The position numbers and the translations under genes are program-made. From Octopus sinensis (Eukaryota): DNA of 64,000 nt. The notes under the pieces were generated by a model, which ran no database searches, had not been told where the DNA came from, and saw only the letters and a list, made by a program, of their open reading frames with translations. Shown in pieces: positions 38,615-52,015 of the stretch (position 1 is its first letter; each line of letters opens with the position of its first letter). The stretch covers positions 56,730,001-56,794,000 of the forward strand of contig NC_043008.1 in the NCBI RefSeq assembly GCF_006345805.1, given 5' to 3'.

Positions 38615-39180
38615 CCCGTTTTGATATTCAGGGTTATCTATGTCATCTCACAGCTCCCTCTTGCAAACTTTTCTTATTTGCATTTGCTGTTCCAAGTATG
38701 GCCGCCAACTTTGTACTTTCCATTGAAGTCCGAGAGTTCTTAATTCTCATGCCAGGCTTTGGTTCCTAGTTCACCAATCACGACGGGCATCAGAGTCACT
38801 GTTGCCATTCTATAATTATTTTTCACTCAATTGGAATACCCCGATAACTTTCAGCTTTCTGATTAAGCTGTCCTTCAAATGTTCAGATCTTCAATTACCG
38901 CTATTTCATTGGAGATCTATTCTCTAGAGAAGAGTGAAATCTGGTCGATTATGATGCAGCTTCTTATCTATATAGATTGTCACATTGCACGTGATTTTAA
39001 ATTCATCATTCTATGCAAAGCGCGGATTAATACTCCTACCAAGTATCGGTACACTCCAGCCCGTAATTCCTGCACATATCCCTGTGTACCTTTTGTGTTC
39101 CTTTGTTGAGGCATTTTCTGTATTCATGGATCAATTTTGAGCATTCACTACCTACTTGTCAAAGTGTTTCCGATAACATA
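38615..39180 (-). mobile_element. Dong/R4-clade LINE 3' fragment (restriction-like endonuclease domain)
   Basis: Minus strand SECSKL, VHRDMCRNYGLECTDTW, DKKLHHNRPDF and MPVVIGELG match the RLE domain. It is followed by a (CTA)/(TAA) microsatellite. Confidence 0.8.
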
Positions 39181-40166
39181 TCAGAAACCTAAAATTTTGT
39201 CCTATTGTACGTCTAAATGCCTATGTATATTATTCAAGGAACTTTAAGAGTTTGCAGACCAAACAAAGCTTAGCATTTGTATTTAGCAATTTTTCGTGTT
39301 TAGACATAGTACGTTCGACATTTCATCATGAGAAATCCATTAATAAAAAAAAGAACTACCAAGCATGCTATTTGCCTATGAAATCTCGCAAACAGAAGGT
39401 TGTTTGTCATTATCGTTGTAGTGAATAATACATGACGGTAGGCAGAATAATATCGTTTGACATGTCGGAGGAAGATACACGGATAATATAAATATTTAAA
39501 CGTAAAACACATAACACATTCAGCAGAAGAATTGCTATTATTTAAAAAGGCTTCGTTTATTCCGATATTCTATAAATTTCAGGCGTTTGTTATTGGGCCT
39601 ACTGAAAGATAGTTCTCAATGTTTTTCGCAACATTAATCGTTCACAATATATTCGGGCACACAATATGACCTGAAATAAAGAATAACGATGTTTACAGAA
39701 ATTACAGAATGGAGTAAATCATGCCTTAAGAATGATACAGTAATTATTACCTGACTGCTGTTTGTTCAAGGTAAGTAATATCGATTCAACTCAAAGGACA
39801 TGTTAGATAGAAAATGTGTTTTGCTATAAATTCATAGCATATCCAGACTACATGTTTCCTACAGAGATACTAGATTAGAGTCACAGAATAAATATTTCTT
39901 CATTGTTAATGTCACTTATTCGTATTTTCATTCTCCTAGCGGAGGAAAATCGGAATCACTCTCAAAAGTGCTTTTACTATTTTAGTTTGTTTAGCTTCCA
40001 CTGTTAAGGACAGGTTAGAAAAATGTCAAACTATATTTATGTATTCGTTTGTTTATACATTCATTCATGACTACATTGTCTTGTGGATCTCCAATGAAAA
40101 GCATCTTGTGATAGTTCAAATCCACTTATAGCTTAGCATTTTGTATTAGTAATGTAAATTACCGTG

Positions 40167-40415
40167 GGGGCGCGTGGCTTAGTGGTTAGGGTGCCAGCAC
40201 CACGATCGTAAGGTTATGGTTTCGATTCCTAGACCGGGGACGCGTTGTGTTCTTGAGCAAAACACTTCATTTCACGTTGCTCCAGTCCACTCAGCTGGCA
40301 AAAATGAGTAACGCTGCGATGGACTGTCGTCCCGACCAGCTGTGGAACACATACGCCATAGAAACCGGGAAACTGGGCCCATGAGCCTGGCTAGGCTTTA
40401 AAAGGGCACATTTAT
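40167..40415 (+). mobile_element. tRNA-derived SINE family D
   Basis: gggggcgcgtggcttagtggttaggg A box, ggtttcgattcc B box, and body gctccagtccactcagctgg...ctgcgatggactg. Decayed relatives occur at about 27530-27700 and 57160-57290. Confidence 0.8.
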
Positions 40416-40937
40416 TATTTTCTTAATATAAATCACCGTTTCGCACAATGTACAATCTTCAGCTCTTGCTCGAAGAAGATACTTGGCTATGAGGCAGACT
40501 AATACAACGAGCAGAAATGGATGTTTCCAGTCTTACGAAGTAAACCACGCCAGGGTACATGAGAATAAATGTTTTTAATCAAAGATATGTAATTGTGCTC
40601 ACACGCGTGTGTATGGATTTGAGCGTATGTGATAGCAGGTGGTGTAGGCTTTAGGATATCGGTCTCTTGATTATAGGATTGTGGTTTCACATTCTACACT
40701 CTGTGCTGCGTTGTGTTCGTGCGAAAGGCTCATGCCTTATCGTTGCTCTAGTGTTCTCGGAAGAAAATGAGTACAAGCTGAGTGCTAGTGCTGCCTTCAC
40801 TTTAGTTGTTGCATCCTCGGAGTCGAGTGTTTGTATTGGAAGGAAGCGAAATTCTTAACCAGTGGACCGTTCTACCCTTAAACACGGGGACACGCGTGCG
40901 CATACACGAACGCACACATGCACACGTAACTATTAAA

Positions 40938-41771
40938 TCTATTATATAAAATCCGTTCTGCCGTCTGTGTGTGTGTCTTCTAGGATCTCGGACATCGTCC
41001 AACCGATTGTGCTCAAATTTGACATGTAGATACCGACGGGCGTATGAAGGCAGAGAGCTGGCAGAAACGTTAGCACGCCGGGCGAACTGCTTAGGGATAT
41101 TTCGTCCGCCGCTGCGTTCTGAGTTCAAATCCCGTCGAGTTCGACTTTGCCTTTCATCCTTTCGGGGTCGATTAAATAAGTACCAGTTACGCACTGGGAT
41201 CGATATAATCGACTTAATCCGTTTGTCTGTCCTTGTTTGTCCCTTCTGTGTATAGTCCCTTGTGGGTAGTAAAGAAATAGGTATCAGGGCGTACATAAGT
41301 CTTGAAAACATTACAAAAATCGATTCCAGGTGAAAATGCGATCTATAAATCCGTGGCAACGTGCATTTGTACGCGCAAGTACATTAGTACGCGTAAGTAC
41401 ATTTGTACGCGCAAGTACATTTGTACGCGCGAGTACATTTCTACGGGCAAGTACATCTATACCCGAGAAAAACGCACGTGCAGTTTGCGCAAAAAAGCCG
41501 GGTAGCTTGAAACAATTCCACAAAATGCAGAATATTTAAGAGACCAAAACGTAAGGTGCAAAAGAGATATTTTCTTCAAACTTGGCGTGAAGGAAGGACT
41601 ATTTGTTTCCTCAAGAAGTTTTATTTTTCCTGAACTTCGTTTAACAAAACCCAAAATTTTATTGAAATAAAGGTATGCTCAATTATTTCTTAATGAAAAG
41701 AAAATACTGATTGCTTTTTATTCAGCAGATATGATTCAGCACCGTCCAGTGGACGGGGGGCGTTTTTCTCG
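40938..41771 (+). mobile_element. Non-autonomous Helitron-like element with nested SINE and 18-bp tandem array
   Basis: A|TCTATTATATAAAA start. ccgtcc-agt-ggacgg hairpin followed by CTCG|T. SINE at 41046-41285 and about 5 copies of gtacatttgtacgcgcaa at 41364-41456. Confidence 0.65.
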
Positions 41772-43857
41772 TATTTAATATACGCGTAACTATTAAATAT
41801 TAAATAAGTATATTTGTTACATTTGGCAGTGCAGTTGGTCCAGAGTCCGTGTGCTTTTGCTTGGGGCTTTCTGTGAACGTCGACAGCGGAGGCAATTCTA
41901 GAAAACCGTTCTCCTGCGGTCACTTAAGGGTTTATATATTCATATAATGTGAACGACAATTAACATTATTTTATTTTATTTTACTTTTTTCTCACTTGTT
42001 CAATTTATCTAAATTCCTGATGCAGAATTCTGTTTAGCTTTCAGCAGGATTTTACGGCTTTAATTCATTCAGTATATTTTGCCATCTCTCCACCTTTCCA
42101 ATAGAGTGACTTCTATTATTTAGCCCTGTAAATAAATAACTAAGTATTAAGCATTTATTCTTTCCTTTTCACACAATTATTCATAATATAATCTTTATTT
42201 CTATCACTCTCTTTTGTCTCGGTGCTTGATTTCCTGAATCTATTTTAATTTTGCTTTATTCCATTTTCTCAACTCTGCGTCCTTTCAACATTGCCATCTT
42301 AAATAAATAATTAAGTACCTACTTTAGAATCTTCCATTAATTTAGCTTTTTGCTATTATAATTCCTTGAGGACCACCCACACCTATTAACCTTAAATTTC
42401 TTATGCGTTAGCACGTCGGATTTTAAGATCACCAAGAATTCTGATTATCCTCAGCACTATCCATCCCACATCACCCTTGTGTTTATCGGTTATGTCAGTT
42501 ATACTTCCACTACCACTCCTAAAGCGATCTTCGTTTTGTTATCATCATCGTATTCTACCTACTTTCACTGTCGTTGCTATCGCTAACAATACTACAACAA
42601 CAACAACTACTACTACTAGTACTACTACTAGTACTACTACTGGTACTACTACTACTACTACAACATTTTTTTTTGCTATCACACTTTCCCACATGACTTC
42701 ATAGTTCGTATTCGGAACTTCCATTCTCTATCACTTGTGGGATAATTGTATATGATTTTCGCACAAAGCTAAACATTGTGATGGGTCAGGAATAATCGAT
42801 AATATCAGCTCCGGTGCTTATCTATCTTATTTTTTTAAACCCAAAAGACGCAAGGGAAAGTCGTCTTTAGCAGAAAAGGAATTCAGGACGTAAAGACCAT
42901 AGAACGAATACGGCAAAGTAATTGTTTCCCATCGCTCTCTCGATTCTGTCAGCACACCGTGCTAATAATACTTAATATTCGGCCAGAGAACCTGCATTTG
43001 GTTGCATAAGTTAAGAGATACTGAAAAGGGTGATGGGACAGTGATATGAAACATTTTTTTACCAGCTTCCTTAGCCGAGTCAAAGAGTGAGAAAGAGGTC
43101 GGATAAACCTCAGTAAGTAGGTAGTAATTTATTTAGCGAACCCAAAAAGCACGCCAAGCAAAGTTCCGCCAGACGTGGTTTGGACCCAGAGTGTAGAAAA
43201 CTACAAGAAATATTATTAGACCCCGCTAACCCGACGGCTCTGTCAGATTGAGATCCTGTAATAGATTAACTGGTGTTGCTAGTTTAGCTTTGCATTTTTA
43301 ATGCTAGATCTAGCATTTTTTCTAAGCATTTAGCAATAACATTCTGAATATAGCATTTAGCAGTGAAAATTGTGTTTTGAAAAATTTATTTGACATGTTT
43401 TCAGCATTTTTTTCTGACCATGACATTTCCACCATAGTTACTGTTTTCTTTCATTTTCTATTGTTTCTTTAAGTATTTTAAATCCAAATTTTAGTACTGT
43501 CGGTTAGTGTTGCATTTTTTCATTCACTTTCATGATACTTCAAATAAAAGATTATCGGTTCTGACAGGAGCTGGGTGGGGTGGAGAGATAACTCACGTCA
43601 GCATCTGAGCTCCCCAGCTAGTGTGAACCACTGACAAATAATAAAAAACACATAAACTCGCCCTTTCAATGACCTGCTATTAACAACAATTCTAATTCTG
43701 TAGTGGTGAGTTTTCAGCGTGACAGGCGTATAGATTTTTTATTTTGACTCAGTTTTATTAACGGGTTTTGTTCTTAGGTGTTTGATTTAGATTGTATGTC
43801 TCGTGTAAACGTACCGGCGCTCTCCCTTTACTTTTCAACTTACATTTTTTCTTCGGG

Positions 43858-43906
<49 letters not shown>

Positions 43907-43998
43907 GGGGAGAGTTTACGAAACAAACAACAAAAGACGATGACAGGTGGTGTACAAAACAAACAGATGTATTAGTATAACGCTCAGGAATAGAAAGA

Positions 43999-44040
43999 GT
44001 CTTTTACGTTTCGAGCCTACGCTCTTCTACAGAAAGGGAC
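43999..44040 (-). ncRNA. Minimal hammerhead-like motif with CUGUAGA core variant
   Basis: Minus strand: gtcccttt CTGTAGA A GAGC gtag GCTC GAAA CGTA aaagac. It lies inside a roughly 200-bp repeat (43905-44100) flanked by (TA)n. Confidence 0.5.
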
Positions 44041-44104
44041 ACAGAAAAAACAAGGAGAGAAAGAAATGTGTGTAGTGGCTAACGATCTATCATGGCGTCT
44101 CATG

Positions 44105-44152
<48 letters not shown>

Positions 44153-44955
44153 AGTTTCAGCAATAGATATGAAATGAAATACTGAAACGAAATTTGATGT
44201 ACCCAGGTTCACCGCAGTAGACTCAATGATCCCAGGATGAGACGCTGATGTTGTGTCCAATTAGTGAATTTGTACGTGTATTGTGACCCAATGCTTTACA
44301 AAACTGAAAGAAAAGAACGGAGGGCCTTGATCGGTGTACTCATGATCATTGTTTTTCATAATCATTGTTCTCTTGGGATAAAGTATAAACAGAAACAAAT
44401 GTGAAGAAAAGCTATATGGGAGAAAATATAAACACTAAAGATGCTAATTTAAAAAGAAGAAAACTCTGAGGCGAAGGAAAATAATATGTATATGCTTCCT
44501 GTTTGAAAATTCATTCAAACCAATATCGATTCCTCCAACAGGTCGAGAATCACGCAGATGTCTATGTTGTGGGAAACCTGTACAAATCGATTGATTCACC
44601 GTCGGTCAATTATTGATTGGTATTTTATTCTCCTCATCGCATGCCTCCCGTACGAGAATCAAGCCTAATCACTGTGAAATTTGAATTCATAACAAAAATG
44701 GTGTGGCATCATTATATTCCCCAATAACACTTAAACATGTAGTTTAACAGTGCTGATATGCATCGCCCACTGTATGGATTCAATATCGCTGTTATTTCAT
44801 TATACACATACACCAATATATTGAGGTTAGAAAAAAGTATCAAAGATGTACACACACAGATACACACACATACACAACAATAACAAAGACAGCAACATAC
44901 GTAACTGTATGTATGTATATATGTATATTTATATATGTATATATATATATTATAT

Positions 44956-45036
<81 letters not shown>

Positions 45037-45232
45037 AGAGAGAGAGAGAGAGAGAGAAAATAGTAAAAAGTGAAATAACTACAGAAGGCTTGTTTTAAAA
45101 GGTTAAAAAATATATTTTTGAGTCATATGTCTGAAGAATGTTATAAATTTTTTTCATCCAATGAAAAGTATAATATACTTTTTACTATTTTCTGTATATT
45201 CAACCACGTGCTTTCACACACCTACTTTCTCA

Positions 45233-45274
<42 letters not shown>

Positions 45275-45550
45275 GATATATATTTAAAAATTGAGGGAGA
45301 TAAATTAATATTAATTTTAATATCAATTTAAAACCAGTAGTCCACCATTCAAAAAATCTGAGGAGACAGAGAAAATTCAAATATATGTGTATATTGGCAG
45401 GGCTGGCCTGCTAGGTAGCCGGCCAGAATGCTAGAAATAGATCATAAACGATCAAACTACAAGGGAAATTCTCTAGAGGAAGAATTCAGCGAACACCAGA
45501 ACCAAATTTGGCGGGCAGGACATATGAAAAATTAAATAAAAAACAGACTT

Positions 45551-45628
45551 AAATGCATACCTCGGTTTCGGTCTTAACAAAAGAATTACTTGCATAATTC
45601 AAGTGTCCGTGACTTCTTCAGTACATTC
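45551..45628 (-). ncRNA. Type I hammerhead ribozyme motif
   Basis: Minus strand: gaatgta CTGAAGA agtc...gacc GAAA C cgag GTA tgcattt. Stem I is 6-7 bp including G.U. Stem II contains an inner gaatta/taattc hairpin. Confidence 0.7.
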
Positions 45629-46025
45629 GGTCCTCGAGATGCAAACCGCAAGACTAACCCCAGCTCTCTGTGTCAAGACAGACACGTGCTTAGTCTTACT
45701 GATTACATCGGGAATAAAATTTCAAATGTCTTGGTTACGCTATTGTGGGAAAGATTCATTACCTCTCTTGAAATCTAAAATTCAACTTAGATACAATAGG
45801 TACTTAAATATAGTAGTAAATGCATAAATGAGTCACCTACTGCGTTCTGCTTATTAAACATGTCTTTAAAGAATATCATTTGTCCTAAACAACCAATCAA
45901 TATGCTTAGACAAAGCAAATCTAAATCATGCTATTTTGCATTGTTTGCGGCAACTTAAAATTATCCCAAATCAAGGACGATTCAGTTACGTAACTGCGGC
46001 TATGCTGGACCACATATATACATAT

Positions 46026-46189
46026 AGGCGCAGGAGTGGCTCTGTGGTAAGTAGCTTGCTTACCAACAACATGGTGCCGCGTTCAGTCCAACTGCCTGGC
46101 ATCTTCCTTAAGTGGCTTCTGCTATATCCTCGGGCCAATCAACTCCTTGTGAACGGATTTGGTAGACGAAAACTGAAAGAAGCCCGTCG

Positions 46190-46230
<41 letters not shown>

Positions 46231-46460
46231 TGTGTGTGTGTGTGTGTGTGTGTGTGTACGTTTGTGTTTATGCACACACCATCGCTTGACAACCGATGTT
46301 GGTGTGATTTATATCCCCTTAACTTAACGGTTCGGCAAAAGCCAATTATGGAATAAGTATTAGGCTTACAAAGAATAAGTCCCGGGGTCGATTTTTTCGA
46401 CTAAAGGCGGTGTTCCAGCATGGCCGCAGTCAAATGAGTTAAACAAATAAAGGAAAGAAT
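46026..46460 (+). mobile_element. tRNA-derived SINE family C (CORE-like body, internal TA/TG microsatellite)
   Basis: Head aggcgcaggagtggctctgtggtaag and tail ggcggtgttccagcatggccgcagtcaaatgag. Confidence 0.88.
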
Positions 46461-46520
46461 ATACATGTTAATATAATACATACACACATATATATATATA
46501 TATATATATATGTATATGTG

Positions 46521-46551
<31 letters not shown>

Positions 46552-46769
46552 TTCTTCTCTATGCTCAAAGCCCGAAATTATGGTGGGAGATGGCCAGACG
46601 ATTACATCGACCCCAGTACGCAACTAGCACTTAATTTATCGACCCCGAAAGTATAAAAGGCAAAGTTCACCTCGGCGGAATTTGAACTCAGTACGTAAGG
46701 ACAGACAAGATACCGCTAAGAATGTTACCCGGCGTGCTAACATTTGTGCCAGCTCGCTGCCAATATATG

Positions 46770-47740
46770 CCATAAAATATCGAGTTGAGAAACGTAGAGA
46801 AGCTATCCCCAGTAGATTTACAGTAAACTTCGTACTAGACGCGGTCAATCTCATCCTTGAAAACAATCCATTCCTTTTTCAACGGAAAAAGACAAAATAC
46901 TTCCAAATTCGGGGTACAACTATGGGGACGCGTTTTGTTCCAGTTTTCGCGAACTCAGTACTGGGAAACTTGGAACTAAACCTACATAAAAAAAAGTTGA
47001 AGAGAACTAAGGCATGACCATTGAAAGACATGTAGAGGACAAATGGAAAAGATACCTCGATGACTGTTTTCGAATTTGGACCCATTCCCTAGAAAATTTG
47101 GAAGAATTCAGCACCCTCCTCAATAATCTATACCCTAGTCTCAAATTCACAATACCCTAGTCTCAAATTCACAAAAGAAATAAACAGCACGCAGTTACCA
47201 TTCCTTGACACAATGGTAATTAGAATCAACACCACAATCACAACTGATGTTTATTACAAAAGCGCAGATACACACCAGTAGCTATATTTCAAATAATATC
47301 ACCCAACACACAAGACGCAACATCGCGTCCTGTCTAGCCAGGAAAATTTGTAATATTGTTAATGATCCAAGTATCAGAAACACGCGACTTATAGAACTCA
47401 AAGTATTTCTGCTCAAGCAAAATTACCCTCTCCTACTTATAGAAAATAGCCTACAATGTGTAAAAGATATACCTACAGAACAATTTAGTGCAACACGAAA
47501 AAGACAAACCCATCAAAGTAACACAATACCATTCCTAGTAACATCCAATCCGTATCGCCGAAACATTTTAACATCATCAAAGCAAATTTGCCAATCATAA
47601 AACAAAGTCAAAAATTACAAAACAAATTACAAATCAAGCACTTGTTTTAAGCAAAAGGCAACCACATAACCTAAGAAACTATTAACGAAGGGCAAGATTC
47701 AACGTGACCAAACAAGATAAAACTGGATCTCTTTCTGTCA
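46770..47740 (+). pseudogene. Penelope-like element RT, frameshifted
   Basis: LILENNPF..QIRGTTMGTRFVPVFAN, KWKRYLDDCFRIW, QLPFLDTMV, DVYYKSADTHQ.L, ARKICNIV and LLKQNYP are PLE RT and thumb motifs. A short tandem duplication lies at about 47131-47172. Confidence 0.9.
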
Positions 47741-47895
47741 GGTATCCCAGATGAACCAACTTCACGGTAGGAGGTGCAGATGAGGGCAACTGCATCGAAC
47801 TCTCTCATGCACCAAATGGCAATTGCTAAAAAGCATTCGTGAAGTAAAATCATGTACCAACACTGAAAGGCGGTGCCCCAGCTGAAACTAGATAA

Positions 47896-47932
<37 letters not shown>

Positions 47933-47944
47933 AAGAGTAAAGAG

Positions 47945-48164
47945 TATACTCTTTTTACTCTTTTACTTGTTTCAGTCATTTGACTGCGGCCATGCTGGAG
48001 CACCACCTTTAATCGAGAAACTCGACCTCGAGACTTATTCTTTGTAAGCCCAGTACTTATTCTATCGGTCTCATTTGCCGAACCGCTAAGTGACGGGGAC
48101 GTAAACACACCAGCATCAGCCGTCAAGCAATGCTAGGGGGACAAACACAGACACATAAACACAT

Positions 48165-48197
<33 letters not shown>

Positions 48198-48198
48198 G

Positions 48199-48248
<50 letters not shown>

Positions 48249-48401
48249 CAACAGGCTTCTTTCAGTTTCCGTCTACCAAATCTACTCACAAGGCATTGGT
48301 CGGTCCGAGGCTATAGTAGAAGACACTTGCCCAAGATACCACGCAGTGGGACTGAACCCGGAACCATGTGGTTGGTTAGCAAGCTACTTACCACACAGCC
48401 A
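47945..48401 (-). mobile_element. SINE family C
   Basis: Reverse complement of the 46026 element. Further minus-strand copies occur at about 5590-5968, 16765-17070, 30108-30545 and 57380-57640. Confidence 0.88.
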
Positions 48402-48465
48402 TAGTATATATTTACTGAATATATACTATATATAATATATACATATACATATGTATATACACATG

Positions 48466-48499
<34 letters not shown>

Positions 48500-50985
48500 C
48501 ATAACGTGTATTTTTGGCGTACTTTCTTATTGAAATTATTATTAACATACTCAGTACATCTTCGGTCTTTGAGAAAGTATAAAATGTTAATACTAAGTTA
48601 GTACTAACGTTACTATAATAAACTCAGATGAATCGACATTTCAATAAAATTTATACTTAATTATTACGTCTAAAATTAACCAGGCGCTTGCATTGCTTTT
48701 TCCGCTAATCTTGACGCCAGTTATTGATTGATGAAAATCTGTGTATTCAATTTTCTCTGGTGTGTTTTACGGCACATTAATCAAATATAAAAATGCTATT
48801 AAAAAATGCACCCAGTGTTCCAATTCAGTAAATTTCATATATTATTCATTCTGCTGACATTCTGACATTATCAAAATATCTCGACACATTTCACCGATGA
48901 CTGTTCTGTTTTTAATTCAATAACGGTTGATATCATATGACAGAGTTTATTATAAAAGCAACAACAGCAGCAACAACAACAGCAACTACAACAAACACAA
49001 CAACGTTTGAGATAAAATTCTACAGTGCACTAGGTTGTGTAATAAAATATACCGTTTTACAAACAGCAATCAACTGTTTGTTAATAATTCCATACTGCCT
49101 TGTGGCGATGTCTTTCCCTATTTGTTGATACAAAGTGATACGGTTGAGATTTAATTAATCCTAAATCAGAGGAAATTGAGAATTTTTGTGTCTATGATAA
49201 TTACTCCATGGAGACGTTCTATAAAAACATACACTAAGTTCATTTACCATCAATGTTGAGGACTGTGGTGTTTAGGAACATCGTCTTCCGTCACGTGAGG
49301 AAGACAAAAATAATTGATGCCGGTTTAGAAGTTTTCGGTTAAGTAACAATTATGAAGGGAATGAGTGAAATGAGAGAATTCGGATAGCAATGAAGGAAAA
49401 CAAAGGTCAAAGAAGGAGAGAGAGAGAGAGAAAGGGAGGGATTGAGAGCGAGGAAGCCAGAAGGAGAGTGGTTATGTTATAGAGGTTGATTTATGAGGAA
49501 TATGGTAAAAGTCTTGAGGAAGATAGAATTAGCCAGTGGTTTTATGTGACAGAGATACGATCTAATAAGCCTAGGGGATGCGAAAATCTTAACAAAGAGT
49601 AACTGTCTCTTTTAGGAAAATAGTTTTTTCTTCTTTTTCTCTCTTTTATTTATTTATTTTTTTTTTTTGCCTTTTGTCTGTTGCTCCGGACAACTTGCAG
49701 CATGGAATGCATCTTTTACCGCAATAAAAACATCGTATCGAATGAGAAACTGAATTCAGCATAACAACGTGAACAATAGTATCAAATGAGAAAATAAATC
49801 CTCAGCTCATCATACCCACCAACACTACCACCACCACCACCACCACCACTGTCACATCACCACTTATACCATCACCACAACCACTGACACTAATATGAGC
49901 AATAGAAAACATGCTCTAGCCTACCAAAGAAGAGATAATGAGATTTCAGCAAATCTAATCATAGTTTTGTTTTGCTTGGAAAATGATTTAAAATGTGCTG
50001 CAGAGAAAACAACAGAAGATTATTTGCGCTTGAAATCAATGGTATAGAATTGCCGATGAAAATCTGAAACTATCTGAGAAATTGAGAAAGTAGAGTTAAA
50101 TAGCCAAAGACAAAGACAAAAAAAAAAAAACAAGAAATTAAAAGAAAATATATTTTATTTCCAATGAATTGTTTTATGCTTTGCACCTTATTAACTCTTC
50201 CAATACCGACGGTATTATTTTCTTTAGATCGATTTGCAATAGAAAAACAGCAAGTGGTAAGATATACGACTCCAATTATCCCTCATCAGATTTACACGTT
50301 TAGGCGTTTCATTTTTGTATATATTGGGAACAAATATGTGTTAATATATCAATAGTTCTTTAATATTCAATATCTTTAGAAGATAATTGCGCTCTTTTAA
50401 TATGAATGTACCGTTTTGCATAAGACTCTGTTTTCTTGAAGATTTCATATTTTTCATACATCAATACAGTATATGCCAGACTTTATATTGAATTTCTTTT
50501 TCACACTAATCGATTGTTCAATATAAATGTTTAAGAGATAATGTATATCATTTACTTCTTTCTAATTACTGAGTAATATATAATACGTAGTAGCATTTGT
50601 ACTAGGATAATATTAAAAAAATGTTATTAAAAAATTGTTTCTATTTCAAGCAGAAGGCCATCAAATTTAAGAGAAGTGCGAGTAGTTGGTACCATTGAAC
50701 CGCACCGTCACTTCGTCGGTACTTCAATTTATGCATCGCAAATAAAATGAAAAGTAAAGTGGAAATTGAAGACAGAAAGTAAAGTGTTAGAAAGCATAAC
50801 ACAACATACTTTACCGAGATTCTAATATTTCTTCAAAAGTTCGAAGCCTTAAATTCTATCAAAGACAAAATCGAAAATTTGGGAGTCAATCTAAATTGCA
50901 GATGAATATCAGTTATATTGTGAAATGTTATTACACCTACCTGATGATAATAACATTTCACAGATAATTATCTATCTTCATGCAA

Positions 50986-51037
<52 letters not shown>

Positions 51038-51158
51038 TCATATATATATGTATATATTCATATATATATGTATATATATATATGCATATATATGTATATA
51101 TTCATATATATATATGTATATATATATATGTGTATATATATATATATGTGTGTGTGTA

Positions 51159-51223
<65 letters not shown>

Positions 51224-51791
51224 TAGAAAAAAGAATAAGAATGACTCCACTGGTAGTTCTAATAAGATTAATTTATTGTTTTTTTTTCATTTTTTAATAA
51301 ATGAAGTTTTATTTCATAGATCTAGTAAGTTCCCCGTTAACTTTTGGGGAGAAATTTCTCACTTTCGTTATAAAAAAAATCCGAAGTTTTGGGGCTTTGT
51401 GATTTATATATAGGATTTAGGTGTGTTTCGGGTGGTTTTCGGGTTTGTTAATCATCGTGGGAATGAAAGACTGTTGCTGAATGATAGCTGAAAGAATGTA
51501 GTGAATGGTCAACACAAGATACTAGATTAAGGGTAGAGTTGGGAGGTGGTGGAGTGTTACAGGAGTGTTTGTGACGTGATTTGAATAGATGACCTTTGGT
51601 CTGAAATCTAATGACCAGATGTTTTTTTCCAAATTCTTTCTTTTAGTAATTTTCTAGGTTTTCGATTTCTGTGGTGGTGATGTTAATGAGGTGTAAAATA
51701 CATGTTTTTTTGTTAAAAATGTTTGTTGATAGAAGTGTTAAAGTATATATGCATCTCTCTCATACACACACACACGCAAACTCTCTCTCTC

Positions 51792-51875
<84 letters not shown>

Positions 51876-51973
51876 TAGATACAGGGGAAGAATTCACGAA
51901 ATAAACAAAAGACGAAGACAGGTGGTGTAGAAAACAAACAGATGTATAAGTATAACGCTCGAGAATTGAAAAA

Positions 51974-52015
51974 GTCATTAATGTTTCGAGCCTACGCTCT
52001 TCTACAGAAAGGAAC
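51974..52015 (-). ncRNA. Second copy of the CUGUAGA hammerhead-like motif
   Basis: Minus strand: gttccttt CTGTAGA A GAGC gtag GCTC GAAA CATT aatgac. Same repeat family as 43905-44100 (this copy spans about 51880-52050). Confidence 0.45.

Noticed and set aside
40430-40860. Minus-strand CTGAAGA ttgtacattgtgc GAAAC preceded by weak GIY-YIG-like translation; a similar case occurs at about 51400-51720
   Set aside because: Stems I and III do not close and the protein similarity is marginal. Possibly decayed Penelope ends, but not counted.
43220-43585. Possible MITE with imperfect terminal inverted repeats (accccg...ctgtcaga / tctgacag...ggggt)
   Set aside because: The arms are too degenerate and there is no clear TSD.
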